From: an uncultured Verrucomicrobiae bacterium
GTDB lineage: Bacteria > Verrucomicrobiota > Verrucomicrobiia > Limisphaerales > UBA11358
Length of the DNA stretch: 64,000 nt
NCBI GenBank assembly: GCA_963769285.1
Contig: CAVYLE010000007.1
Location: 526,709-590,708, forward strand
Direction of reading: 5' to 3'
A program made the translations under genes and the position numbers. Each line of letters begins with the position of its first letter. The stretch's first letter is position 1. Shown here one piece after another: positions 17,478 through 29,915 of this stretch. The notes beneath the pieces are model-generated. The model did no database searches and was not told the DNA's origin. It saw only the letters and a program-made list of their open reading frames with translations.

Positions 17478-19064
17478 ATGATGTACATACCCGCCATGAT
17501 TCCCCCACCCCATCGCCTGGCTAAAGCTCTGACAGCGGCGGCGCTGGTTTTCCTGCTGCAAACGGGGCCGGTGTTTTCCGCGATTTATTTCGTGGCCACC
17601 AACGGCGTTGATTCCAACACGGGCTCGAGCAACAGCCCGTTTGTCACCATCATGAAGGCCCAGTCGGTCGCGGCTTCCGGCGACACGGTGTATCTGCGCG
17701 GCGGGACGTATTACCTGGACAATTCCAATTTCACCGCCACCAACAGTCCCTGGGCCATTGTCAACAATATGACCAACAGCGGCATCAGTTACCTGGCGTA
17801 TCCGGGCGAGCTGCCGGTGTTTGATTTCTCCAATGTCCGGCCCGACGGCTGGCGGGTGACGGCGTTTCTGGTGACGGCCAACAATTGCGTTTTCAAGGGG
17901 TTCGACGTAGTGGGCGTGCAGGTGACCATTCAAACCAACCATACGCAGTCGGAAAATTTCCGGATAGCCGGCGGGAACTTCAACCGGTTTGAACAGTTGC
18001 GGATGCATGACGGCATGGGCAACGGCTGGTATTTGACCGCCGGCGCGAGCAATCAGGTTTTGAACTGCGACGCCTGGAACAATCGCGGCTTGGACAGCGG
18101 GTCGCTCGGCAACACGGATGGCTTCGGCTGTCATCCGAACAAGACCAACATGACGGGCAACGTCATCCGGGGCTGCCGCGCCTGGTACAACAGCGACGAC
18201 GGCTACGACTGCATCAACGCGTTTGCGCTGGTGACGTTTGACCATTGCTGGGCGTTTTACAACGGCTACTTTACAAACTTCAACAGTTCCACCGGCGATG
18301 GTAACGGCTTCAAATCGGGCGGCTATGGCGTGTCCGGCACCGCCTATCCCACCCCAATTCCGCACCACGTCACCGAATTTTGTCTGGCCGTCAAAAACCG
18401 GGCGAACGGCTTTTACGCGAACCATCACCTGGACGGCCAGGTCTGGTACGACAACACGGCGTACCGGAACAACGTCAATTTTAACATGCTTTGCAACACC
18501 AACAACATCAGCGGCACGAACGACGTGCCTGGATTCAATCACGTGATGAAGAACAATCTCGGCTACAAGGGCGGCACGGAAGGGTCCAATCTCGACACGA
18601 ACAAAAGCGACGTGACCTTCAACTATTTCACGTTGAACGTGACGGTGGCGACGAATGACTTTTTGACCCTCGACGAGAGTCTGTTGATATCGCCGCGCCA
18701 GGCGAACGGCGATTTGCCGTACGTGGCGTTTGCGCGGCTGACGAACACGAGCGATTGCCTCAACGTGGGAACGAACCTGGGCTTTGCATTCTACGGCGCC
18801 GCACCGGACCTGGGCGCGTTTGAATTCGGCCCCACTAACGCGCCATCGCCGGCGATGGTGCGGTCCGGAACGAACCTGATTTTCACCGCCAGCGGCTGGG
18901 CGAACACGACGAATTATTTCATCGCCTCGACCGATCTCACGTTGCCGGCGGGGCAATGGACGCGCATTGCGACGAACGTGTCTGATCTGTCCGGCACCTG
19001 CGCCTTCACCAACGCCATCCTGCCGGGTGTGCCGCAGCGGTTTTATCGCATCGGCGTGCCGTGA
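17478..19064 (+). CDS. Right-handed parallel beta-helix protein (pectate-lyase-like) with C-terminal F[FY]RL module
   Basis: Signal peptide followed by IYFVATNGVDSNTGSSNSPFVTIMKAQSVAASGDTVYLRGGTYYL, which is typical of beta-helix polysaccharide lyase-like proteins. Ends QRFYRIGVP. Confidence 0.75.
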   Translation: MMYIPAMIPPPHRLAKALTAAALVFLLQTGPVFSAIYFVATNGVDSNTGSSNSPFVTIMKAQSVAASGDTVYLRGGTYYLDNSNFTATNSPWAIVNNMTNSGISYLAYPGELPVFDFSNVRPDGWRVTAFLVTANNCVFKGFDVVGVQVTIQTNHTQSENFRIAGGNFNRFEQLRMHDGMGNGWYLTAGASNQVLNCDAWNNRGLDSGSLGNTDGFGCHPNKTNMTGNVIRGCRAWYNSDDGYDCINAFALVTFDHCWAFYNGYFTNFNSSTGDGNGFKSGGYGVSGTAYPTPIPHHVTEFCLAVKNRANGFYANHHLDGQVWYDNTAYRNNVNFNMLCNTNNISGTNDVPGFNHVMKNNLGYKGGTEGSNLDTNKSDVTFNYFTLNVTVATNDFLTLDESLLISPRQANGDLPYVAFARLTNTSDCLNVGTNLGFAFYGAAPDLGAFEFGPTNAPSPAMVRSGTNLIFTASGWANTTNYFIASTDLTLPAGQWTRIATNVSDLSGTCAFTNAILPGVPQRFYRIGVP

Positions 19065-19228
19065 TGACGTCTGGGTTCCCGGGTCCGGAGATGGAGCGCT
19101 GATCTCCGAATCGGCGTGTTGGGGAATGAACGGAATGTGCCGAATCGGAGTTCGGCGCTCCTAGACCTGCTGGATGTTTCAACGGCCCACCGTTACGCGC
19201 GAAGCGTTTTACCCGCGCCATCCCCGTG

Positions 19229-20008
19229 TCACGGCACACGTTCGATCAGCGCGACGAGTTCCTTCGGATGCGACCGCTGCACGTTGTGGTCGCCTTCCAT
19301 AATTATCGTGGTCCAGCCCCGGGCTTGGGCGCGTTGGTAGAATGGATGGAATTCGTCCTCCTCGGGCGTTTTGCCTTTGTCCACGGTGAGGATGTAAGTC
19401 GTCGGCAATTTTGCGGCCAACGCCTGGTTTTTCAATGAGATGGGTTGGCTGAAGGTTTTGGCCGGATGCGGCACGTCGTGCGGCGGCGGCGGACTGTTCG
19501 TCATCCACGTCGGGATGACAAAGCCGTTGGTGATGGGCTGGTCAATGCCGGTGTGGCCGCGGATGGCGTTGGCGCATTCGCCGTCGTTGGGCACAAAGGC
19601 ATCTACGTAAACCAGCCGCCGGATACGGTCCGGCACGCGGTCGGCCACGCCGGTGATGACCATCCCGCCATAGCTGTGGCCCACGAGCACCACGTCGTGC
19701 AGGTCTTCCCACACGATGACATTGACGATGTCCTGGATGTGGGTGTCGAGGTCAATGTTGGTGCTGGCGAGGTGGGAACGCTCGCCCTGCCCCGTCAGCG
19801 TGGGGCGATAGACCTTGCAACCGTCGGCGGTGAGCAACTGGTCCACGCGTTTCCAATCCCAGCCGCCGCCCCACGCGCCATGCACGATGACGCAGGTGAA
19901 CTTTGGGCGGCTCGACGACGCGGTCGCCGGACAGTTCGTTTTACATCCGACGAATACGGTGAGGCAGGCAAAAGCCAGGGCCAGGGGGACGAGGAATGGT
20001 TTGATCAT
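19229..20008 (-). CDS. Alpha/beta hydrolase (esterase), exported
   Basis: VVLVGHSYGGMVI is a GxSxG nucleophile elbow. The N-terminal signal has VFVGC. Confidence 0.85.
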   Translation of the reverse strand: MIKPFLVPLALAFACLTVFVGCKTNCPATASSSRPKFTCVIVHGAWGGGWDWKRVDQLLTADGCKVYRPTLTGQGERSHLASTNIDLDTHIQDIVNVIVWEDLHDVVLVGHSYGGMVITGVADRVPDRIRRLVYVDAFVPNDGECANAIRGHTGIDQPITNGFVIPTWMTNSPPPPHDVPHPAKTFSQPISLKNQALAAKLPTTYILTVDKGKTPEEDEFHPFYQRAQARGWTTIIMEGDHNVQRSHPKELVALIERVP

Positions 20009-20091
20009 TTTCGTTTGATTTTTTGAAGGCGAATTTAACCACGGCTGGTCGCGCCGTAAAGAAGTGAAGGCGGGACAAATTCAGGGGGAAA

Positions 20092-20179
20092 CCTCGAACA
20101 TCGAACGCCCAACATCCAATATCGAATTGGGCTGGAGTTCGGCCGGTTCGATGTTCGACGTTCGATGTTGGATGTTCAG
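20092..20179. repeat. Imperfect palindrome of aacatcgaac / gttcgatgtt units
   Basis: cctcgaacatcgaacgcccaacatccaatatcgaa opposes ttcgatgttcgacgttcgatgttggatgttcag. It lies directly downstream of the stop at 20196. A one-armed relative is at about 21083-21128. Confidence 0.7.
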
Positions 20180-20195
20180 TGTTCCCAACTCGCCA

Positions 20196-20822
20196 TCAGC
20201 GATGCCAGCCGCCGCCATGGTATCCACCATGATAGCCGCCATAATAGCCGCCGCCGTGATAATATCCGCCGCCGAAGCCAAAGGAAAATGTCACCGCCGG
20301 ATAGTTCCATCCGCCGTAATACGGATAGTAACCGTAGGACGGATAATAATAATTGTTGTAATACCGATACGTCTGCGTGTCGGGAATCACATAAACCGTC
20401 GAGGATGGAACATAGGCCGGTGCCGGCTGGACATAAGTTACCGTCGGCTGGGCAACCACAGTCGCCGTGCTGCTGACGGCCGGTGGTGACGCAGGCGTCG
20501 CAACGGTCTGTGTCAACCGCGGTTGACTGAGCATGGTATTGATGACGGCGTCGGAAACGCCCTGCTGCTTCAAATAAACGATCTGGCTGGCATCCATGCC
20601 GTAGCTGCTGCCGGAATTCCGGATGTAATTGACGATGGTGTCTTCGCTCACTTTCGCCTTGGAAAGCTGGATGATTTGCGAGACGCCATATGACAATTGG
20701 ACGGGTGCGGTTTGGGCGGCACTGGTGGTGGAATCCTGTGCCGGAACGTTGCGCGCTGCCAGGACGAGCACAGCGGCGATGGTAACTTTCAAAAACAAGC
20801 CGGGAGAGGTTCTAGTTTTCAT
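20196..20822 (-). CDS. Secreted protein with Gly/Tyr/His-rich low-complexity tail
   Basis: Start moved to MKTRTSPGLFLKVTIAAVLVLAARNVPAQ. The C-terminus is YYNNYYYPSYGYYPYYGGWNY...GGGYYHGGGYYGGYHGGYHGGGWHR. Confidence 0.6.
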   Translation of the reverse strand: MKTRTSPGLFLKVTIAAVLVLAARNVPAQDSTTSAAQTAPVQLSYGVSQIIQLSKAKVSEDTIVNYIRNSGSSYGMDASQIVYLKQQGVSDAVINTMLSQPRLTQTVATPASPPAVSSTATVVAQPTVTYVQPAPAYVPSSTVYVIPDTQTYRYYNNYYYPSYGYYPYYGGWNYPAVTFSFGFGGGYYHGGGYYGGYHGGYHGGGWHR

Positions 20823-20936
20823 AAAATCAACACCTGTCAATTCAACACCGCATTCTCGCGCCAGTTGCGGGAACTGTCAACTGGGGTCTTCCGCCTTCGC
20901 CGGGAAGAGCCGGCGGATAGAGGCGTCTGGGGGTTT

Positions 20937-21057
20937 GGTGTCCACGCTTTAGCGTGTCCCCGCCGACTGTCTCCGATCGCGCCTGACACGCTAAAGCGTG
21001 GACACCGCGAACCGGGCGGGCGTAATCGTTCCGTTTGTGCCGGGAAACCGGCGCTCC
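20937..21057 (+). repeat. About 115-nt element built on a perfect 22-bp inverted repeat, copy 2
   Basis: ggtgtccacgctttagcgtgtc (20937-20958) is the exact reverse complement of gacacgctaaagcgtggacacc (20985-21006). The tail is homologous to copy 1. Confidence 0.85.
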
Positions 21058-21136
21058 AACACCCCATTACTCCATCACCCCGTTTTTTAATTCGATGTTG
21101 GAAGTTCGATGTTCAATGTTCGATGTTTTACCCCCA

Positions 21137-21817
21137 TCAGGCAAACGCCTTGGGCATCATGGCGGGCGGGCCGACGCGGCGTTCGTAATCAAGGATGATG
21201 CGAACGACTTCCTTCGGGTCATCGGTGACCTTGAACAGGTCGAGGTCGCCGGGATTGATCAGTTCATGCCCCTCCTGCATTTCGGTTTTCATCCAATGCA
21301 CCAGTCCCTTCCAGTATTCGCTGCCGAAGAGGATGAGCGGAAACTCCGGGACGCGCTCGGTTTGCACAAGGGTCATGATTTCGAAAAATTCGTCGAGGGT
21401 GCCGAAGCCGCCGGGCATGTAAATGAAGCCGATGCTGTATTTGGCAAAACAGACTTTGCGCGCAAAGAAATAGTGGAAGTGCAGCGGGATGTTGACGAAG
21501 CGGTTGCCGGCCTGTTCATGCGGCAATTCGATGTTGAGGCCCACGGATTTGCCGCCACCCTGCGCCGCGCCCTTGTTGGCGGCTTCCATGATGCCCGGCC
21601 CCCCGCCGGTGATGACGGCCAACTTGTGTTTGGCGAGCTCTTTGGCGATGTCGTAGGTGGCGCGATAATACTTGTCGCTGGATTTCATCCGCGCCGAACC
21701 GAAAATGGTCACGGCGGGGCCAACCTCGGTCAGGGTCATAAATGAATCCACGAACTCGGACATGATACGGAAGATGCGCCAGGGGTCTTCGCGCATACGA
21801 AAGGTGGTGTCGCTCAT
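21137..21817 (-). CDS. LOG-family protein (TIGR00730-type nucleotide phosphoribohydrolase)
   Basis: VITGGGPGIMEAANKGA and MPGGFGTLDEFFE are the LOG signatures. Confidence 0.9.
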   Translation of the reverse strand: MSDTTFRMREDPWRIFRIMSEFVDSFMTLTEVGPAVTIFGSARMKSSDKYYRATYDIAKELAKHKLAVITGGGPGIMEAANKGAAQGGGKSVGLNIELPHEQAGNRFVNIPLHFHYFFARKVCFAKYSIGFIYMPGGFGTLDEFFEIMTLVQTERVPEFPLILFGSEYWKGLVHWMKTEMQEGHELINPGDLDLFKVTDDPKEVVRIILDYERRVGPPAMMPKAFA

Positions 21818-21882
21818 GGCCGGAGCATAGTCGCGGCGGCCAAAGGAAACAAGCGCGGGTGGTAATACATTTTCCCGCTTTC

Positions 21883-21957
21883 GGTGGGGCCAGCGTACTC
21901 GCGAGCCGTCCTCGCCTTGTTACGCCAGAACCGGCTCGCGAGTACGCTCGCCCCACC
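21883..21957. repeat. Inverted pair of ggctcgcgagtacgctcgccccacc units
   Basis: The arms are 21883-21907 and 21933-21957. Single units of the same family occur at 7928-7952 and 17340-17364, each followed by a cacctgccact-type sequence. Confidence 0.8.
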
Positions 21958-22024
21958 GGGTCCCCTGACAAAAGCAAACAGGCCAGAGAATCGAAATCCC
22001 CCGGCCTGTTGCGTGTTCGGTTCC

Positions 22025-25189
<3,165 letters not shown>

Positions 25190-25499
25190 GAAATTTTCCT
25201 TTCGCGGCGGCCGAAATTTTATTTTGTAACAAATCACCCGACCGTCTTAACACGGAAGACCGGTCGGGAAAATCAACTTCTCAGCCCTCTTTCCAGGTTT
25301 TCGCCGACCGCCCAATTCCAAGCGAAACCCCATTTAGTGGGCAACGGTGGGAGCCTATACCCTACATATTGTGGTGACAAGAAAAAAATGAAAAAAGTTA
25401 CAAGAAAGTTACGAGAATGATATTCCCAAACAAAATCGCGGAAATCTCCGCGCCCCCATTGCGCAAACAACAAGTTATTCGCTGCTGTGAACAAAAAAT

Positions 25500-27058
25500 T
25501 CAGCGCGATTTTTTTCCGCGTGACGGCGGATAATTCCCGGAATGCTTCCGCTGCGGCAACTTGAACTTTCGTATCGGCTCAACGGTTTGGGGGCGCGGTT
25601 TGGGCACCAGCACCAGCGGACAGCCTTCGTAGCCGAACGCCTGGCGCATCTGGTCGGCCAGGTATTTTTTGTACGGGTCGGAAAACAGTTCGTCGCGGTT
25701 GATGAACAGCAGAAACGTCGGCGGCGCCTGCCGCACCTGCGTCGCGTAAAAAAACTTCAGCCGGTGCCCCGCCGCGCTGACCGGCTGGCGGCGCTCAATG
25801 GCGTCGCGCAACGTGCGGTTCAGAATCGCCGTCGGGATTTTTTGCTGCAACTGCGCGCCCACGTAACGCACCGCCTCGAGCAAACGGTCGAGATTGAAAC
25901 CGGATTTGGCCGATGCGAAAATGACCGGCGCGTAATCGAGGAAAAATAATTTGTCCTGCACCCACTGGCCGAATTCGCCGAGCGTGGAAATGATCTTGGC
26001 CTGGCCTTCGGTCCGGTGCTTTTTGTTGCGTTTCTCGATTTCCTCTTCGCGCACCTGGCGGACGGATTCCGCCACCAAATCCCACTTGTTGACGACCACG
26101 ATGCACGCCCGGCGGGCTTCCACGATCCGATCCGCGATCTTTTTGTCCTGCTCGGTAATCCCGGCCTCGGCGTCCAATACCAGCACGGCGATGTCGCAAC
26201 GTTCGATGGAATCCACCGCGCGCTGAACGCTGAAGAACTCGACCGAATCGTCCACCCGCCGCGCCTTGCGCATGCCGGCGGTGTCAATGAGAACGTATTT
26301 TTGCGTGGCGGCGACGCCCCGTCGCCACTCTGGATTTTCACCTCGAACGGCACGTCAATGGAATCGCGCGTCGTGCCCGGCACCGGGCTGACGATGACCC
26401 GCGCGGATTGTGTTAACTCGTTGATAATCAACGATTTGCCGACATTCGGCCGGCCAACAATCGCTAGTTTCAGAACCGACTCCCGAGTCTCGAGTCCACT
26501 CTCTTCTGTCAACTCGTCGGTCCGGTCTTGGACTGGGGACTGGGGACTGGGGACTGGCAGCAAAGCCGTTGCCGCGTCCATCAACGGCTCGATGCCTTCG
26601 CCGTGAATCGCGCTGACCGGGAAGATCCGGTCGTAGCCGAGCTGGGAAAATTCGTCCAGGCCGGCTTCCGCGCGGCTCGTGTCCACCTTGTTGACGGCAA
26701 CCAGGACGGGTTTGCCGCTGCGCCGTAATTTTTCGGTAACTTCGCGGTCCAGCGGCACGATTCCCTCCTGCACATTGACGACGAGGATGATGACATTAGC
26801 GGATTCAACGGCCAGATCCACCTGCTCCATGGCCGCCTTGACGATGACGTCGCCCGCCTTTTCGCGCCGCAACAGGCCGATGCCGCCGGTGTCCACGAGC
26901 GTGAAGGCGCGCCCGTGCCACTCGGCCTCGGCGCTGATGCGATCGCGCGTGACGCCGGGTTGATCGTGGACGATGGCGATGCGCCGTCCGACGATGCGGT
27001 TGAACAGCGCGGACTTGCCGACATTGGGCCGTCCGACGATGGCGATTAGATTTGGCAC
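25500..27058 (-). CDS. der: Ribosome-associated GTPase Der/EngA; reading frame broken by a 1-nt indel near 26317-26320
   Basis: Two GTPase domains (IAIVGRPNVGKS and LAIVGRPNVGKS) plus a KH-like C-terminus are split across ORFs 25820-27148 and 25500-26273. The proposed GTG start at 27058 gives VPNLIAIVGRPNVGKS. Confidence 0.88.
26530..26557. repeat. Heptanucleotide tandem repeat (ggactgg x4) inside der
   Basis: Four exact tandem 7-mers. In the gene sense they read ccagtcc x4 and encode PSPQSPVQ in the interdomain linker. Confidence 0.9.
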
Positions 27059-27128
27059 GAATGCAGGATAGGAAATTTTACCGCTGACGGAAATCAAAAT
27101 GAAATCGTGGCAGCCGACGTGAGTCGGC

Positions 27129-28280
27129 TCAATTAGCTCCAACCCCAATACACTTCATTGGAATACTTTTAAAAAGGTTTCGTGCGCGCTTGAGCATTGC
27201 GTCTGAAACAAGAGGTTGATCCTTTATTTGTTCGAGTGTTCTGGGAGGAGTGCTATAAATCTCGTGAGAGATTTTATTTCTGGTCACCATGATTTCCTTC
27301 AATTCATCAATTTCTTTTTCACCGCCAAACAATATTCCGAAGTGCTTACTAAAATAGTTCGTTTTTACTTCGATATTTTGAGCGTCCAGCCATTTAACTT
27401 CTTTGGCAACGAGTTCGTTCAGAAATTTCTGGGCATTCCAACTGCTCTGGGTCGAATCGAATATTTCTTTTACCGGGATCCTGGGGTTTTGCTCATCACG
27501 AAAACCTTTCCCAAATACCTTATTTGGCGCTGCAAGCAAAAATGTTTCATGCATTAGTTTCATGAAGGACTCAAAGTGAGCGACCAGCAGCAGCAGTTCG
27601 CTCTGATTAATGCGGTCTTCTGACATCTCTATTTTAAAGCGAGTGTTCGCCGGTCTGTTATCCTTTTTGTGCATCTTCTTTTTGTATTCAAGCGCGTCTT
27701 CCTTGGTGCTCTCCCACTCTTCGCTCCTCGATATTTCCTGTGGGTAAGCGTCCTCCAGCAGCAGCCTGTTAAGGCGTAGGAGCGCGTCTCCTTGCGGGTT
27801 CTGCGCAAGGAGTTGCTGCGTTTCCGAACGCAAAGAGTCGCCTGTAAAACGCTGAGTCTCATAGATCAACTGGCTGCGAATAATCCTGTTTATATCCTCT
27901 ACAAGAGTTTTTTTCAGCGGAACTGGATCAGAGCCTAAACCTTGGTACTTTGCCAGAGCTATCAGCGTCGTAGCGGACAACTGGTTCTTAAGGTAGGTGG
28001 ATACTGCGTCTGTAGGTTGCTTTAACTTGTTGGCAAGCGATGGCAAATCAACGAGGTCGCCAACTGAAAACGTCAAGGCAACCCATTCCCTCGCATTGTC
28101 AAGACTTGTGCTGATGGCGGTGAGTTGTGCATCCAGCCGCGCTTTGTAAAACCCCTGAATTTGTCCTTTTGAAAGTTTATTTAAGGCAAACCGAATTAGC
28201 GCAAACTGAGTTTCTACAGCATCCAGTGCTTTCAGATATGGGTTAATTGATAAACGAGTGTCGTGGAGTTGATTTTTCAT
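27129..28280 (-). CDS. Hypothetical protein with C-terminal HEPN-like domain (Rx4H motif RNKISH)
   Basis: 383 aa and visibly AT-richer than its flanks. The helical C-terminal half (ELLLLVAHFESFMKLMHETFL ... IMVTRNKISHEIY) fits the HEPN Rx4-6H pattern. The N-terminal 200 aa or so are unassigned. Confidence 0.55.
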   Translation of the reverse strand: MKNQLHDTRLSINPYLKALDAVETQFALIRFALNKLSKGQIQGFYKARLDAQLTAISTSLDNAREWVALTFSVGDLVDLPSLANKLKQPTDAVSTYLKNQLSATTLIALAKYQGLGSDPVPLKKTLVEDINRIIRSQLIYETQRFTGDSLRSETQQLLAQNPQGDALLRLNRLLLEDAYPQEISRSEEWESTKEDALEYKKKMHKKDNRPANTRFKIEMSEDRINQSELLLLVAHFESFMKLMHETFLLAAPNKVFGKGFRDEQNPRIPVKEIFDSTQSSWNAQKFLNELVAKEVKWLDAQNIEVKTNYFSKHFGILFGGEKEIDELKEIMVTRNKISHEIYSTPPRTLEQIKDQPLVSDAMLKRARNLFKSIPMKCIGVGAN

Positions 28281-28331
28281 ACTTCAGTTAGAATTTCGCC
28301 ATTATTCATGATGGCAGTTTTTCTGATGTCT

Positions 28332-29915
28332 TTAGGGCAACGACAAACGGAAGAACTGGCTGTTTGTTCCGAAGTTGAAGTATTGCGAATTCGTGTAGTC
28401 CACGGCGGTAAAGCTCGTGCCGAAATTCGTCCAGTTTGCCAGATCAGGAGCGACTTGGAGTTGGTAGGCCAGCGCAAGCGTCAAACCGCTGTAATCCAGC
28501 CGAAAAGCCGGTGTGAGGTTTGGCAGCAACACCGGAATCCGCGGCGGATCAATCTGAATTGTGGGCATGTCCGTGTAGCCGAAACCAGCATTCATGATTT
28601 TAATGGCCGTCACAACGCCGTTGCTCACTGTGGCTACGGCTTGCGCGCCGCCGCCGCCACCGCCGATTATTTCCACTGCCGGAACAGAAACATATCCGTA
28701 ACCGCCATCGTTGACTGTAGCCGCCACCACGAAATCATAAGCCAGTATCGGTGTGGCCGTGGCTCCATACGGAATCGGCAAGGCCACTAACTGATACAAC
28801 TCACCGCTGATTGCCCCATCAAAGTATTGCATATAATTTCCGGCATCTGCCATGAACGATGAACCAAGATTTGCCCATGTTCCTGATTGCGACACTTGAA
28901 GCTGGTAATTGGTGCCAACCGTCAGATTCGTAAAGACAAGACATGTGGCAGGGGTAATGCCAAGCGTGAGCGGAAACGGTGGCGTGATGGCGACAATGGG
29001 TGTGTTGGTGTAGCCGAAACCGGCATTGATGACAGTGATGTCCGTCACGATGCCATCGCTGACGGTTGCCGTGGCTTGAGCCCCACTCCCACCACCGCCC
29101 ACAAGATAAACCAACGGAATATTAATATAACCGATACCGGCATCCGTAAGCGTTACCGCAACCACGAAACCGTTGGTCATGATTGCCGTGGCCGTAGCAG
29201 GTCGAGGTGTTAAATAAGTCGCCGAGACTGTGTTTGTCTGATTGAAACTGACCGTCACGATCTGGCTGTCAGGTACGCCCCAACCCGGCACGATCAAAAA
29301 GGCCACCGTATGGCTGCCCACTGGCAGACCGGCAACCGTATCGCCGCTGTTTTGCCAAGCACCTCCGTCCACCCGCCATTGTGCTCCAGCACTCACCGCA
29401 CCCGCCGGACTGAGGTTCACCAGCAAAGAACCAAATTGCTGAACATAAGCACCAGTGACGACAGTTAGTTGATTAGTGTTGATCGTAACTGTCTGGTTTA
29501 CTGGTGTAGTCCAACCCAGCACTGTAGAAAATGACACTGTATGGCTGCCAATTGTTAGATATGAAACCGTCGCTGCACTGTTCTGCCATGCGCCACCATC
29601 TACCTGCCATAACGCACCGGCGCTGACCACATTTGTCGGACTCATGCTCGCCTGCAAGGAACCAACCAAATCATATAGACCTGTAGCTTTCGTTTTGTGC
29701 CCAGAATTGATTGTCACGGTTTGGCTGGCAGGCGTTGACCAAACGCTGATTGCTTTGAACGTAATCGTGTGTTTGCCCGCTGTCAGACCGACAACAGTTG
29801 CTCCGCTGTTTTGCCAAGCACCTCCGTCCACCTGCCATTGCGCTCCGGCACTCGCTGCACCCGCCGGATTCAGCGTTATTTGTAGAGAACCAAGATTGTT
29901 CAACAAAACCGAAAC
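28332..29915 (-). pseudogene. C-terminal fragment of a large secreted repeat protein disrupted by ISL3
   Basis: Four repeats of GA.W.VDGGAWQNSG.TV..L..G.HT..F, two repeats of ..DGG.GY...P.V...GGGG.GAQA.ATVS.G.VT.I...NAGFGYT, and a tail ending QFFRLSLP. It has no signal peptide and its frame continues into 31258-32345 once the IS is removed. Confidence 0.85.

Noticed and set aside
25325-25374. Two NrdR-box-like sequences upstream of nrdJ (in the gene sense ccacaatatgtagggt and ccactaaatggggttt).
   Set aside because: The first matches about 12 of 16 positions of the acaCwAtATaTwGtgt consensus as I recall it, and the second only about 9 of 16. The 34-nt offset is not the usual 31-32 nt. This is too weak to call without a PWM scan and without knowing whether nrdR exists in this genome.
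25190-25400. Cobalamin riboswitch in the nrdJ leader.
   Set aside because: Only a vague ggcgaaaacctgg resemblance to the GGUGAAAAUCC region. No B12-box-like AG.CAGGA.ACCTGCC was found. In addition, B12 riboswitches normally control B12-independent isozymes rather than nrdJ. A simple hairpin (25236-25268) is present but unremarkable.
26530-26557. Whether the tandem short repeats (here, 46918-46943, and 3943-3975) could be a CRISPR array.
   Set aside because: The units are 7-16 nt with no spacers, lie inside CDSs or REP clusters, and no cas genes are present.
25500-27148. Treating 25820-27148 and 25500-26273 as two separate genes.
   Set aside because: Together they make one collinear Der/EngA (GD1, GD2, KH-like domain). 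The overlap region is out-of-frame read-through after a 1-nt indel.
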